From IMG/VR virus record IMGVR_UViG_3300036770_008715, positions 32,001-96,000 of that record: a stretch of DNA of 64,000 nt; one strand, given 5' to 3'. Under the pieces are notes generated by a model, which was not told the DNA's origin, did no database searches, and was given only the letters and a program-made list of their open reading frames with translations. This document shows, one piece after another, positions 27,405 to 38,240 of this stretch. How positions within the stretch are numbered: position 1 is the stretch's first letter; every line of letters begins with the position of its first letter. This stretch comes from a virus. Position numbers and translations under genes: made by a program.

Positions 27405-30400
27405 AATAATTTCCCATAAACAGTTGTTCCTGCGTTTCTGGTCCAGAAAATGAAGAAATCTGTTCCAGAAGATTGTAAAGTTCTACCTACATCTGTCAAA
27501 TATGTAGATATCGAAGTTGTGAAGGTTCCATCGGATTTAATCCAGTTTACAGTTGGCCATGTAACAGTGGCGGATCCTCCATTTACCAATTCCATTTGAA
27601 GCATACCCATGTTCCCGCTAGGAGGGAAATTGCTGAACGCAATAGTAAGAGCACCACCGACTTGCATTCTCTGCAAACTTCCACCAGTGTAATCAAATGT
27701 TTGCGTACCAGTTGTCTGTGTTCCTTTATCAACATACACAGTTCCCATGTCTTTGGTCATACCACGGGTAATTGTGTTATCTTCAAACGCCACAGTTCCT
27801 GTTGAGAACGTTGTAGTATTAGAGTTGATTGCAAATGCTGTACTTGGTGCTGATGTTCCAGTACTTGACGCAACTCTGAATTGAATTTCACCAGGAACAT
27901 ATCGACCAATAGTTCCTTCTCCTACTAAACCAGCTATTTCCGACGAATCTGTAAATGAGGTGCCATTAGCAGCATTCCAACGAACTTCGCCAATACCATC
28001 TCCAGCAGATACTGCAGTATACGTTCCAATAGTAGAGGAACCACTTCTAGACATGGAAAACCCACCAAGAGTGCTAGGGTTGGTGGTTCTGTCTCTCCAT
28101 TTAACTACACCAACCGCAGAATCGGCAAAGACTGTAGATATAGAGTGTAATTGTACTGATGGTGTTCCTCCTGTTCCTCCTATAGCATAAGCAACTGGAG
28201 AACCAACAACAACAGTTCCAGTAGAATCAATGACAAATGGAGTTGCATCTGGGTTTGTTGAATCTTCTATTACGATTGCGTTACCAGTACCTGTTTGGGT
28301 GATTCGCAGAGCATCATCAACAGTGGTGTTAATGATTAATACATTACCTGTTATGCTGGCACCACCAGAAGAAGTGTTTATTTGACTGGTAAATCGAGGA
28401 ATTCCTATAAAACTAACGTTAGCATTACCAGAAGTCCCTGAACCAACTGAAACTGTAATAGTGGATGTATTGTTAAAATTCAATCCCACGCTAGAAAGTG
28501 TAGAGCCAGTATTTGCTGAAACACGCACAGTGTTTGCAGCCGCAATTGCAGTGGTGGTTGCTGAATTTGCTTGATTATATGCTAAATTTGCTTGGGCATA
28601 TGCCGAGTTTAGTGCAGGAGCTAAAACAACATTTGTTCCTTTGTATGTAAACGCAGCGTTAGAAACTGCCAGCAATTGCTGTGAATATGGACCACCAAGA
28701 ACATTATTTTTATCTATTACATAGAAGCCATCATTGCTGTCATTGCCTCTAATTCCAATAACAAAGTGGGCAGCATCTGCAGCTTCGATTATTGAGCCAG
28801 AAGTGCTTCCTGGTAGTACTGAATCTATATCAGTATCGGAAGAAGTCCATTGTCTTATAAAAGTTGTTCCGCCAATAACTACGTTGTTTAAGAATCTAAC
28901 TCTTCCAGATACAGATAAACTAAATTGATCTAGATCACTAGTCGACCCGATTCCGACTGAACCAGCAAAGTAGTTATTTGCTGTTCCGCTGGCATAGAAG
29001 TTCCATCTATTTGCAGCAGCAGCACTTGCAGATAAAACTCCATAGCTAGTGTTTGCATTTGTAATAGCTTCAACAGAAACTCCATAGAAATTAGAAATAT
29101 TGTTTCCAGAAGCCGCACCAAGAGAAGGATTGGGTACTCTAAGGCCATATGCGTTAGTTATTGTTCCATTTGGCCCTTGAGATGTGATGCTTGTCTGGAA
29201 TGCAGCCATACTTGGAATGGTGCCAGTGAAATTGTGTGTTCCTTGTCCAACAACTCCTACAAGAGCTCCAGTAGATGCATGTCCAGAACTCGTCACAACC
29301 CAACCAGCAACACCAACAGAACTAGCTATACCCGATGCCTTTGTCGCATCAATCCTAGACAAGGTTCCATATTCAGATAATGTTGTATCTGATGCTTGAT
29401 CATACACATATAACTTAGACTGGTTTGTAAACCCTCCAATTCCAACTGTCCCTGCGAAATAGTTATTTGCCGTCCCAGCAGAATAGAACCCCCACTTGTT
29501 TGCACCAGCAGATACTCCAGAATAGAATCCGTAGTCGTTTAAACCAGAAGTTAGATCGCTTGTGTAATACCCAAACAAATTAGTTATTGTATTGGCGCCA
29601 CCAGTTCCTAAGCCAGCATTTTGACAGTAAAAATTATAACCATCTGTTATAGTTCCACCACCGACAGATTGAATATATGAACCGACGCCTGCGGCTGCCG
29701 CGACCGTCGCTGTGCTTCCGTGCGAAAATGCGCCAGCCACTCCTCGAGCAAAATGATCTGTAGAACTAGAACTTGGGCTGGTGAGGGCTAGGCCATAAAC
29801 AGCAACTTTAGCATTTGCACCACCAGCAGAAGAGTCAGTCAGGAGTCCATATATTCCATAGTTCGATTCAATTGAACTAGAATTAAATGTAGTATACAAT
29901 TTAGTAGATGGCACTGGAACAGTTGTTCCAATACTAACGTTTCCACCAGCATCGATGATAAATGGAGTTGCATCTGGATTTGTTGAATCTTCAACAACGA
30001 ATGCATTACCAGATCCTGTCTGATTGATTCGCAGAGCATCAGTTGCGCTATCAACTTGTATAGTTAAATCTGTATATATTTTTGTCTTAGCGATATCATT
30101 AGAGTTTTGGTATGTGGCTAGTGTTTCAGTTCCATTAATATAAAACCGATGCCCCAAAGACCCCGCAGTTATCGGTGTTGTATTGGTGTCACATTTATAT
30201 TTCGTAAATTTCGCATTATTGTTTGCTGAAATTGAAATATATTCTGGCCCAGCCGCTCCTGTATTTTCTAGTATTGAATATTGTGTGCTATTTCTTTTTA
30301 ATATTAGTGATCCGCCAACATCGTCAGCAACTTGCGTTATTGATACATTTCCTTTAATATCTACTGTGTCCGCCCAATTTGAAGCGTCTGTAGTATCAGT

Positions 30401-33397
30401 TTCTCCATATCCTACTCTAAATGTATTAGCAACATATAAGTTACCATCAGTCGTAAGCGCCATCGCACCTTGCGCACTAGTGTGGCTAGAATCTCCCCAC
30501 CAAAAACCTCTATCTGAATTATTACTAAATCTAAATGTCATTGCCCAGTTATTCAGAGGGCCGAAGGTTATAGCACTAACCATTCCTATGCCAAAAGACG
30601 CTTCCGTTCCATACAATGTAAATTTCGTATAACTTGAACTCAACGTTGATGCAAACTGTTCAGAATATACATCCCTCCATAATCTGGTAGAAGAACCAAG
30701 ATCATATGTTAAGTTTGCTGATGGGATTATACTTGCTGCAGCTGCACCAACGTTATTGTCGTTCCATACTTTAGCATTATTAGAAAAAATATCTCCGTCT
30801 CTAAAAACGTAAGTGTCCCAACTAACTAAGCCACCAGCTGTGACTGGTCCATCTTGTACGAAAAGTTGAAATCCTGTTCCACTTCCACCATTTCTGAAAG
30901 CAAATGCACCATCTTGGGTATTTTTAGCTTCCCATCTTGTGTCGACACCATCATAGTATGCATTAAATCCAACATATCCCCCAACCGCAAAATCAGCTGT
31001 GGTTGTTGCAGTCCCACCCACTATCAAAAATTGATCTATATCATACCCATCTAACAAATCAGCATTTAGGTTGTTAACCTTTGTTGTCGAAGAAACAGCA
31101 AATGGTGTAGTGTTTTGGAACAAAACAGTTTTGTTTGATTGGAAAAATGTATTTGAATTTAATGTTGTAGTTGGAGAAGTGATATTTACATTTCCACCAA
31201 CATTCAATCCCCCAGCAACACCCACACCACCAGCTACTTTCAGAGCACCTGTTGTTGTGCTTGTGGAATTGGTATTACCAACAATATTAACATTTTCAAA
31301 ATAATTGATGCTATTTCCAACTGAAGCGTTATATTGATCAGTTCCAGTTGACCCAACAGTGGCGCCATTTTCATACGTTATTGTATGGGTTCCATTAACT
31401 GCATAACATTCAATTACAAGATGATATTCTCTAAATTGAGCTTCGTTTTGAATTTGGATTTCATAGTTGCCTGTTGATGTTTTGACTGCACGAATTCTAT
31501 CTCCTGGTCCGCGAACAACACAAAGATCTGGAGTGTTTGTAGTAGTGCTTTCTGTACGAACGCAGGCAACCATATATGTTTCAAAATCTGAATTGACAGA
31601 TCCTTGTATTGCGTGCGACCAATTTGGATCTGTTACAATTATCTTGAACCCAATCGTTGAGTACAAGACGTCTGCTAGAGAAGCAACAATAAATCTCCTC
31701 CATGTGCCTGCAACAGCACTACCAAAATCTATATTCAGTTTAAATGTTGGTTGAGCCTCATAACCATGGTTCACTCCGCCCAAAAACCTACCAATTCCAG
31801 CAGCTTGTAACACATTAGTAGTTTTATCAAACGTTAAATTGGCATTGGCACCAACAGAACCACCATCATTAAAAAGTATTTGAGTGGTTGATCCTGGTGT
31901 TGTTAATGTTCCTGTTGCGCCTTGGACTCCTTGGAATCCTTGAGAACCAACTGCGCCCTGCCTGCCCTGTTGACCTTGTACTCCTTGGAATCCTTGAGGC
32001 CCAGCTGAACCTTGTACTCCTTGAAATCCTTGAGGCCCAGCTGAACCTTGTACTCCTTGAAATCCTTGTGGACCGACAGCGCCTTGTACTCCTTGGAATC
32101 CTTGTGGACCAGCTGAACCTTGTCGACCTTGAAATCCTTGTGGACCAACTGCTCCTTGGACTCCCTGGAATCCTTGAAATCCTTGAGCTCCAACAGCACC
32201 TTGTACTCCTTGGAATCCTTGAGCCCCGACAGCACCTTGTCTGCCTTGTTGACCTTGAACTCCTTGGAAACCTTGAGCTCCAACTGCACCTTGCGGTCCT
32301 TGAGTTCCTGGAGTACCCGCTAGGTTAATCGTCCAAAAAGTGAATGTGCCAGATCCACTAGTTGAAGTTGCATTGATATCTAGAGAGCCAGTACCAGAAT
32401 TATAGCTGGTAACAGTACCCTCAACATAGTTCGTTGATGTGTTAGCTGCTCGAACAGTCTGGGAAGTAGAATATGCTAGTCCAGTTGCAACAGTGAATAC
32501 TTTCGAGCCAGTTCCAATAGTAATAGATGTTGTACTAGTGGTTGCATACTTATCGCCAGCGGTTCCTTGAATTCCCTGATGACCTTGAAATCCCCGTTGG
32601 CCCTGGATACCTTGAAACCCTTGAGCCCCGACAGCACCTTGTCTGCCTTGTTGACCTTGAACTCCTTGAAATCCTTGAGCTCCAACAGCACCTTGTACTC
32701 CTTGGAAACCTTGTGGACCAGCTGATCCTTGTCTGCCTTGTTGACCTTGAACTCCTTGGAACCCTTGTGGACCAATATCACCTTGAACTCCTTGGAATCC
32801 TTGTGGACCAATATCACCTTGAACTCCTTGGAATCCTTGAGGCCCAGCTGAACCTTGTCGACCTTGAAATCCTTGAGCTCCAGCGGCTCCTTGAATACCC
32901 TGGAATCCTTGAGGCCCAGCTGAACCTTGTCGACCTTGAAATCCTTGTGGACCGACAGCGCCTTGGACTCCTTGGAATCCTTGAGGCCCAGCTGAACCTT
33001 GTACTCCTTGGAATCCTTGCGCACCAACAGCACCTTGGACTCCCTGGAATCCTTGAGCCCCGACAGCACCCTGTCTGCCTTGTTGACCTTGCGCTCCAAC
33101 TGATCCTTGTCTACCTTGAGAACCTTGAACACCAGTTGCAGTAAACTGAATATTGGCATTACCACCAATACCTGCAGTCACTGATACTGTGACTGTTGCG
33201 CTATTGCGGAAGTTAAGGCTATCAGCTGTAACTGTCGATGCGCTATCAACTGAAACTGGAATATCAGCTAGGCCACCGCCTCCACCAGAACCAGCATAAT
33301 TATCTGTGCGCCAAGAGAATCCGTCCCAAGTCCAGACAGTACCGTCTTCGGCTGTAAATGTATTTCCTACTACTGGTGAACTTGGAAAATCTGCCAT
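27401..33397 (-). CDS. 1998 aa collagen-like fibre protein
   Basis: Two Gly-X-Gln tracts, NLNADLLDG fibre motif, duplicated EDSTNPDATPF and GTANNYFAG modules, C-terminal adaptor-like domain. Confidence 0.88.
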   Translation of the reverse strand: MADFPSSPVVGNTFTAEDGTVWTWDGFSWRTDNYAGSGGGGGLADIPVSVDSASTVTADSLNFRNSATVTVSVTAGIGGNANIQFTATGVQGSQGRQGSVGAQGQQGRQGAVGAQGFQGVQGAVGAQGFQGVQGSAGPQGFQGVQGAVGPQGFQGRQGSAGPQGFQGIQGAAGAQGFQGRQGSAGPQGFQGVQGDIGPQGFQGVQGDIGPQGFQGVQGQQGRQGSAGPQGFQGVQGAVGAQGFQGVQGQQGRQGAVGAQGFQGIQGQRGFQGHQGIQGTAGDKYATTSTTSITIGTGSKVFTVATGLAYSTSQTVRAANTSTNYVEGTVTSYNSGTGSLDINATSTSGSGTFTFWTINLAGTPGTQGPQGAVGAQGFQGVQGQQGRQGAVGAQGFQGVQGAVGAQGFQGFQGVQGAVGPQGFQGRQGSAGPQGFQGVQGAVGPQGFQGVQGSAGPQGFQGVQGSAGPQGFQGVQGQQGRQGAVGSQGFQGVQGATGTLTTPGSTTQILFNDGGSVGANANLTFDKTTNVLQAAGIGRFLGGVNHGYEAQPTFKLNIDFGSAVAGTWRRFIVASLADVLYSTIGFKIIVTDPNWSHAIQGSVNSDFETYMVACVRTESTTTNTPDLCVVRGPGDRIRAVKTSTGNYEIQIQNEAQFREYHLVIECYAVNGTHTITYENGATVGSTGTDQYNASVGNSINYFENVNIVGNTNSTSTTTGALKVAGGVGVAGGLNVGGNVNITSPTTTLNSNTFFQSNKTVLFQNTTPFAVSSTTKVNNLNADLLDGYDIDQFLIVGGTATTTADFAVGGYVGFNAYYDGVDTRWEAKNTQDGAFAFRNGGSGTGFQLFVQDGPVTAGGLVSWDTYVFRDGDIFSNNAKVWNDNNVGAAAASIIPSANLTYDLGSSTRLWRDVYSEQFASTLSSSYTKFTLYGTEASFGIGMVSAITFGPLNNWAMTFRFSNNSDRGFWWGDSSHTSAQGAMALTTDGNLYVANTFRVGYGETDTTDASNWADTVDIKGNVSITQVADDVGGSLILKRNSTQYSILENTGAAGPEYISISANNNAKFTKYKCDTNTTPITAGSLGHRFYINGTETLATYQNSNDIAKTKIYTDLTIQVDSATDALRINQTGSGNAFVVEDSTNPDATPFIIDAGGNVSIGTTVPVPSTKLYTTFNSSSIESNYGIYGLLTDSSAGGANAKVAVYGLALTSPSSSSTDHFARGVAGAFSHGSTATVAAAAGVGSYIQSVGGGTITDGYNFYCQNAGLGTGGANTITNLFGYYTSDLTSGLNDYGFYSGVSAGANKWGFYSAGTANNYFAGTVGIGGFTNQSKLYVYDQASDTTLSEYGTLSRIDATKASGIASSVGVAGWVVTSSGHASTGALVGVVGQGTHNFTGTIPSMAAFQTSITSQGPNGTITNAYGLRVPNPSLGAASGNNISNFYGVSVEAITNANTSYGVLSASAAAANRWNFYASGTANNYFAGSVGIGSTSDLDQFSLSVSGRVRFLNNVVIGGTTFIRQWTSSDTDIDSVLPGSTSGSIIEAADAAHFVIGIRGNDSNDGFYVIDKNNVLGGPYSQQLLAVSNAAFTYKGTNVVLAPALNSAYAQANLAYNQANSATTTAIAAANTVRVSANTGSTLSSVGLNFNNTSTITVSVGSGTSGNANVSFIGIPRFTSQINTSSGGASITGNVLIINTTVDDALRITQTGTGNAIVIEDSTNPDATPFVIDSTGTVVVGSPVAYAIGGTGGTPSVQLHSISTVFADSAVGVVKWRDRTTNPSTLGGFSMSRSGSSTIGTYTAVSAGDGIGEVRWNAANGTSFTDSSEIAGLVGEGTIGRYVPGEIQFRVASSTGTSAPSTAFAINSNTTTFSTGTVAFEDNTITRGMTKDMGTVYVDKGTQTTGTQTFDYTGGSLQRMQVGGALTIAFSNFPPSGNMGMLQMELVNGGSATVTWPTVNWIKSDGTFTTSISTYLTDVGRTLQSSGTDFFIFWTRNAGTTVYGKLL
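32288..32557 (-). repeat. ~90 aa collagen-interrupting domain, copy 1 of 3
   Basis: GDKYATTSTTS.TIGTGSKVFTV.TGLAYSTSQTVRAAN...FTFWTINLAGTPGTQGPQG; also at 48718-48987 and 49732-50001. Confidence 0.9.
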
Positions 33398-33400
33398 CTA

Positions 33401-34435
33401 TTATACCATGTAAATTAAAACTACTAATCCTGGATTTCCATTTGAACCTACAGAGTTGTTTCCACCAGGTCCACCTTGGCCTGCAGTTCCATTATAATCT
33501 ATATCACCAGTGTTTGGTGGGTTTTGTGTTGATGCGTTTCCGTTTGTACCAGTTCCGCCTTGCTGACTATCAGTTAAAGTTCCGCTGACATAATTGGAAC
33601 CTCCGCCGCCTCCGCCGCCGCCTTCACCACCAGTACCTGTTTGACCTGATTCACCACCACCACCGCCATAATAACCTGCACCGCCACCACCGCCTGCACC
33701 AGAGTCGTTGTTAGATGTACCTGATCCTACTCCTGAGGCTCCGCCATATGGACTTCCGCCTGGTTCGCCACCGCCAGTTCCTCCGCCAGCTACGTTTCCA
33801 CCATCCCCACCGTTAAATCTGCCGTCAACTTCTCCATTCTCACCGTCGCTTCCTGTTCCTTGTCCACCAGAACCACCAGGTCCACCAGCAGATTGAGTGC
33901 CACCATCTCCGCCGTTACCTCCGTTACCAGAGGCTCTTGCTCCTGAAGCTCCTGTATCTCCTCCTCCACCGCCTCCAACTCCACCGTCTTCGTTGGCAGC
34001 GTCACCGTTTCCTCCGCCTCCACCACCAGCACCAGCAAGAATTAATTCTGCACCTGAAGTGCCGACTGTTCCTCGAAAGATTCCAGTCAATCCGCCACCA
34101 GAACCTCCCATGTCACCGCCACCAGCAGACTGAGAAGTTCCACCAAGACCACCACCACCAACACAAACGTTTAATGTTTCGCCTGGAGTTACTGTAATTG
34201 TGCCCTGAGCATATCCACCACCGCCACCATCACCACCAATACCACCATTAACAGAACTAAATCCACCACCACCACCAGCACCCCATGCTTTAACAGTAAC
34301 AGAGGTGACACCAGCAGGAACCGTCCAAGGAGTGCTATTTGTTTGAGTATCAAATACTTCTTTAAATTCTTGCGTAGTGACTGCTGGCGCACCGAATCCA
34401 TGCACATGGGTTGCAACTGACAGCAAATAAGACAT
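33401..34435 (-). CDS. glycine-rich adhesin-like protein
   Basis: WTVPAGVTSVTVKAWGAGGGGG, TVTPGETLNVCVGGGG, many poly-Gly runs, C-terminal GNPGLVVLIY. Confidence 0.8.
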   Translation of the reverse strand: MSYLLSVATHVHGFGAPAVTTQEFKEVFDTQTNSTPWTVPAGVTSVTVKAWGAGGGGGFSSVNGGIGGDGGGGGYAQGTITVTPGETLNVCVGGGGLGGTSQSAGGGDMGGSGGGLTGIFRGTVGTSGAELILAGAGGGGGGNGDAANEDGGVGGGGGGDTGASGARASGNGGNGGDGGTQSAGGPGGSGGQGTGSDGENGEVDGRFNGGDGGNVAGGGTGGGEPGGSPYGGASGVGSGTSNNDSGAGGGGGAGYYGGGGGESGQTGTGGEGGGGGGGGSNYVSGTLTDSQQGGTGTNGNASTQNPPNTGDIDYNGTAGQGGPGGNNSVGSNGNPGLVVLIYMV

Positions 34436-34436
34436 T

Positions 34437-34805
34437 TTAGATCAGATCTCTAATTTTAATTTTGTATTCTTCAAGAGTAATTGTTGGTTGTTGCTCAAGA
34501 GTTAGTAATCGATTTTCTTGATTGAACAATGCAGTCATCACGGCTCTTTCGATGGAATTAACCCAACTAGTTTTTCTGCTTAATATTTCTTCAGGCGTAA
34601 AATCAACAATTATCCAACCGCGAAGAACCTGAGTTTCTTGGACAGTAACTGTTCCGATAGCATTCTGCAGTTCTGGATTGTATGGTGGTCTTTCTTCATC
34701 AACAACAGGAAGCCATCTCCAGCCTGGTTTTGTTTGAACTTCTGGATCGACATTTGATTGAATTCGATCCACAGTATCTTCTGGACTAATTAGAGCGTAT
34801 AACAT
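34437..34805 (-). CDS. small fibre-associated (chaperone/adaptor-like) protein
   Basis: 122 aa, WLPVV...PPYNPELQ motif, between a fibre gene and a glycine-rich gene. Confidence 0.6.
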   Translation of the reverse strand: MLYALISPEDTVDRIQSNVDPEVQTKPGWRWLPVVDEERPPYNPELQNAIGTVTVQETQVLRGWIIVDFTPEEILSRKTSWVNSIERAVMTALFNQENRLLTLEQQPTITLEEYKIKIRDLI

Positions 34806-37800
34806 TAGGTGTCGTCCTGTGCATCTGTTGTTACAAATAACGTTATACCAATCAATCTTGCATCTACACCAAGTGTATCGTTACCATCACCAGTCACTCG
34901 AGAAACCTGAAAGAAAGTAATATCTTCGGGAGTCGGAGTTCCTGCTATTGTCACAGCACCAGATATTGGAGATACATGTATATCATCGGCAGCTATGAAT
35001 GTGTCTTGAACGTTGACCGCAGTTCCAAATGCTGTATCAATTGGATCATCATCACTCAATGAAACGCCAGCAAGGCTCCAAGTTACGCCACCTGATCCTG
35101 ATGCTGCTGTCCATGCTGCTTGATATGTGATAGTACCCTCGTCCCAAGACTTTGGCATTCGAATTGAAAACTGAACAAACTCTTGGGTTGTTGTATCAAA
35201 ATCATATGTTTTGACCATAACATTATTTGTTGTTGATTCTGTTGTGGTTGAACCTGCACCAGCTGTTGTTCTTGGTAGCATTGTCTGAGCTGGAACCCAG
35301 ATAGTTCTTAGGCCAACACCACCAGCTGAGCCTTGGATACCTTGGAATCCTTGAGCACCAACAGCACCCTGAATACCTTGGAACCCTTGCGCTCCTGCTG
35401 CTCCTTGAATACCTTGTGAACCTTGAGCGCCTACTGCTCCTTGAATTCCCTGGAACCCTTGCGCTCCAGCAGCACCTTGAATACCCTGGAACCCTTGCGC
35501 TCCTGCTGCTCCTTGAATACCTTGTGAACCTTGAGCGCCTACTGCTCCTTGAATACCCTGGAAACCTTGAGCACCAACAGCACCCTGGAAACCTTGAGCT
35601 CCTTGCACACCCTGTGCGCCTTGAGCACCACCACCACCGCCACCAAGATTGGGTACAATATCTACACCAGCAACGATCAGATTGCCAGAGATATTGACAG
35701 TGTTGGCGTAAAACTCAACGTTGGCATTGCCGTCAGTTGGTCCAATGATTATATTTGTTTTAGACCCAGCAGTTCCGTCAGTTCCTATTCTAACGTTTTT
35801 GGTTGCTGTTGCTTCAGTGGCGCCAAAGGCAATGTTTGCTTCTGTATCACCAACACCACCGCCGATTTCTATTCTAGCGTTACCAGAAGTTCTATATGCT
35901 TGCGATGCTGATATAAATGGAGCAGATAATGTAGCAGTTGACCCACTCACTGTGACACTTCCGCTGGTTGTGACAGTACCAGATGATGTTACTGTAAATT
36001 GCTGCGTACTACCAACTTGCAATTCATTAGAGACAACTCCTTCTGTTACAATGACATCACCCCAAACAAAAACATCGTCTTTAAAGGAACCTTTTCCTGT
36101 CACTGAAAATTGTTTGGCATCAACTGTAACACCATTTATTAAATACTCAATAATATCATCAGTTTGGGTTCCAACAAGATACATTCTATTGTTTGGATAT
36201 GCGACATATATGCCAGTGACGCTGCCTTCAGAAGAATAGACTGCTTTCACATCTCTTATTCTCTTTCTGTTTTCAGTGAAAACTGCACCAGATATATTCC
36301 ACGCAGTTGGTAGAAAGAATTCATAGATATAATCGTTGGTTATTCCAACCAGATACATATATTTTCCATCTGGGGAAAATGACAATGATTGAAGAGAAGT
36401 ATCTACTCCAGGAGTTAGTGAAATTGAATCGTAGGTCAAAGAAGCTGCTGTCAAATCCCAAGGAGTTGACATAGTAAATTGCCAAATTATAGATGTAGAA
36501 CAAACCCACAATTTAGTCCCATCAGGTTTGAAATACATTCCTGATGGAGAAGTAGTTTGAATTGCACCAGAAACTGTATTGGAGTTGGTTGTGAATGTTG
36601 CAGTTGTAACATCCCAAGGAGTGCTTAGATCATACCAAGTGATGTCATTACCAGTATCACCAAGAACATACATCACATTGCCTTCAGGAACTCTGAATGC
36701 TAAATCTACAACAGCTGTTTCTTGAGCACTAATATTATAGGATGTTGTTGTTGTTGCCGTCGCTAAATTCCATGCTTCACTCAGTTCTATTTGATATACT
36801 AACTCTGGCGTTTGATCTGAAACATATAATCTAGTACCGCTAGTGTTGGCAAAAATTCCAGAAGGAGTTCCATTACCAGCTGGTAGAGGATAAATATTAC
36901 CATCTCTATTATGGACCCATTCTAACATTCCTCCAGTGGTTTCAATTTTGGTATTATCACTGGTATATAATGCATCGGATACAATAATATTACTGGATGC
37001 GATTAGATTACCAGTAACATTTGCTCGGCCACTCACAGTAAGCGATTCAGTACTGGAACTTCCAGTTACTGTAATTGAAGTAGAAATGATACCACCACTT
37101 GATTGAATTGTAGTTTGACCAGTGCTCCCAAACCTCGAAACGCCAGTGACTCGAAGGTCATCTTCTACTACAATTTCTCTATAAAATTTTACAGTGTTTG
37201 CAAAGGAAGCTGCGCCATTTACGTGCAATTTTCTAGACTCAACTGTCATTCCACCATATAAATCAAACTCAGCAACATCATCTGCAACAGAACCGACAAT
37301 ATAGAGCCTATTATTTGGGTAGGCAAAATACATTCCTGCTGGTATAATTTCTTCATATGGAACTGATACTGATGTATCAGTCGCAGATAATCTTTTTCCT
37401 GTTGGTGTTGCACCAACAATATTCCATGCAGTCGGCAATGTATATTCTATGATCTTATCAGCACTTTCACCAAGGACATACAAAAGTTTACCATCGGGCG
37501 TCAATGATATTGAATATGGAGTGGTTTCTTGGCTAGTTGTAATTACGTTTTGTAGGACGTTAGTTGTTGCAGTTGCCACGTTCCATGGAGAAGACATTGT
37601 ATATTGGTAAACGTTTGCTGCTCCTGTTCTAGTAACCGCAAAAAACATCGTACCATCTGGTTTGAAAAAGAACCCTTCCCAATTTCCTGTTCCAAGAGAA
37701 TAATTATTTGATGTTGATACAGTTGCAGTTGCTACGTTCCATGGAGTGCTCAAATCATATGTGGTTATATCATCTCCACTGTTGCCAAGAAGGTACATAA

Positions 37801-38206
37801 CATTACCTTCTGGCCTAAAGAATACATCAATAGGAGTAGCTTCTTGAGAGGCGACGTTTAATGTTTGTGTTAGAGTTGCTGTTGATATTTCCCATGGTGT
37901 GGATAGTTCCAGCTGATGAACAACATCCACAAGACCAGCAGCTAAGGCACTATTTTGATCGACAACATATACTCTTGTTCCATCAGTATTAGCAAAAACG
38001 CCACTTAATTGACCATTAAGAATACTTAATCCTGCTCTAAACGACGCCTCTTCTATACCATATGTCGTTTTAAGTCTTGCATTGGCACTAGTGTGGAATG
38101 CATCAGTTGCAATGATATTACTGGATCCGATTAGGTTCCCAGTAACGGTTGCACCACTGCTTACATTAAGCGTTCCAGTTACTGTGGTTGAAAGTAAATC
38201 AGCCAT
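34805..38206 (-). CDS. fibre protein with two beta-propeller regions, collagen tract and C-terminal beta-sandwich
   Basis: Repeated (L/M)STPW(D/N)..TA and F.PDG.K blades in two blocks; Gly-X-Gln tract; FSIRMPKSWDEG C-terminal domain. Confidence 0.82.
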   Translation of the reverse strand: MADLLSTTVTGTLNVSSGATVTGNLIGSSNIIATDAFHTSANARLKTTYGIEEASFRAGLSILNGQLSGVFANTDGTRVYVVDQNSALAAGLVDVVHQLELSTPWEISTATLTQTLNVASQEATPIDVFFRPEGNVMYLLGNSGDDITTYDLSTPWNVATATVSTSNNYSLGTGNWEGFFFKPDGTMFFAVTRTGAANVYQYTMSSPWNVATATTNVLQNVITTSQETTPYSISLTPDGKLLYVLGESADKIIEYTLPTAWNIVGATPTGKRLSATDTSVSVPYEEIIPAGMYFAYPNNRLYIVGSVADDVAEFDLYGGMTVESRKLHVNGAASFANTVKFYREIVVEDDLRVTGVSRFGSTGQTTIQSSGGIISTSITVTGSSSTESLTVSGRANVTGNLIASSNIIVSDALYTSDNTKIETTGGMLEWVHNRDGNIYPLPAGNGTPSGIFANTSGTRLYVSDQTPELVYQIELSEAWNLATATTTTSYNISAQETAVVDLAFRVPEGNVMYVLGDTGNDITWYDLSTPWDVTTATFTTNSNTVSGAIQTTSPSGMYFKPDGTKLWVCSTSIIWQFTMSTPWDLTAASLTYDSISLTPGVDTSLQSLSFSPDGKYMYLVGITNDYIYEFFLPTAWNISGAVFTENRKRIRDVKAVYSSEGSVTGIYVAYPNNRMYLVGTQTDDIIEYLINGVTVDAKQFSVTGKGSFKDDVFVWGDVIVTEGVVSNELQVGSTQQFTVTSSGTVTTSGSVTVSGSTATLSAPFISASQAYRTSGNARIEIGGGVGDTEANIAFGATEATATKNVRIGTDGTAGSKTNIIIGPTDGNANVEFYANTVNISGNLIVAGVDIVPNLGGGGGGAQGAQGVQGAQGFQGAVGAQGFQGIQGAVGAQGSQGIQGAAGAQGFQGIQGAAGAQGFQGIQGAVGAQGSQGIQGAAGAQGFQGIQGAVGAQGFQGIQGSAGGVGLRTIWVPAQTMLPRTTAGAGSTTTESTTNNVMVKTYDFDTTTQEFVQFSIRMPKSWDEGTITYQAAWTAASGSGGVTWSLAGVSLSDDDPIDTAFGTAVNVQDTFIAADDIHVSPISGAVTIAGTPTPEDITFFQVSRVTGDGNDTLGVDARLIGITLFVTTDAQDDT

Positions 38207-38233
38207 GGGTATCTCTTGAGAATAGTTGTTTAG

Positions 38234-38240
38234 TATTTAT
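38234..38240 (-). promoter_or_regulatory. late promoter variant (ATAAATA)
   Basis: GATAAATA upstream of the 38206 start. Confidence 0.55.

Noticed and set aside
31888-33168. Long alternative-frame and plus-strand ORFs over collagen tracts (also 35416-35911, 43195-43549, 48363-50690, 63588-63956)
   Set aside because: By-products of stop-poor Gly-X-Gln codon repeats; low-complexity translations with no RBS or promoter support
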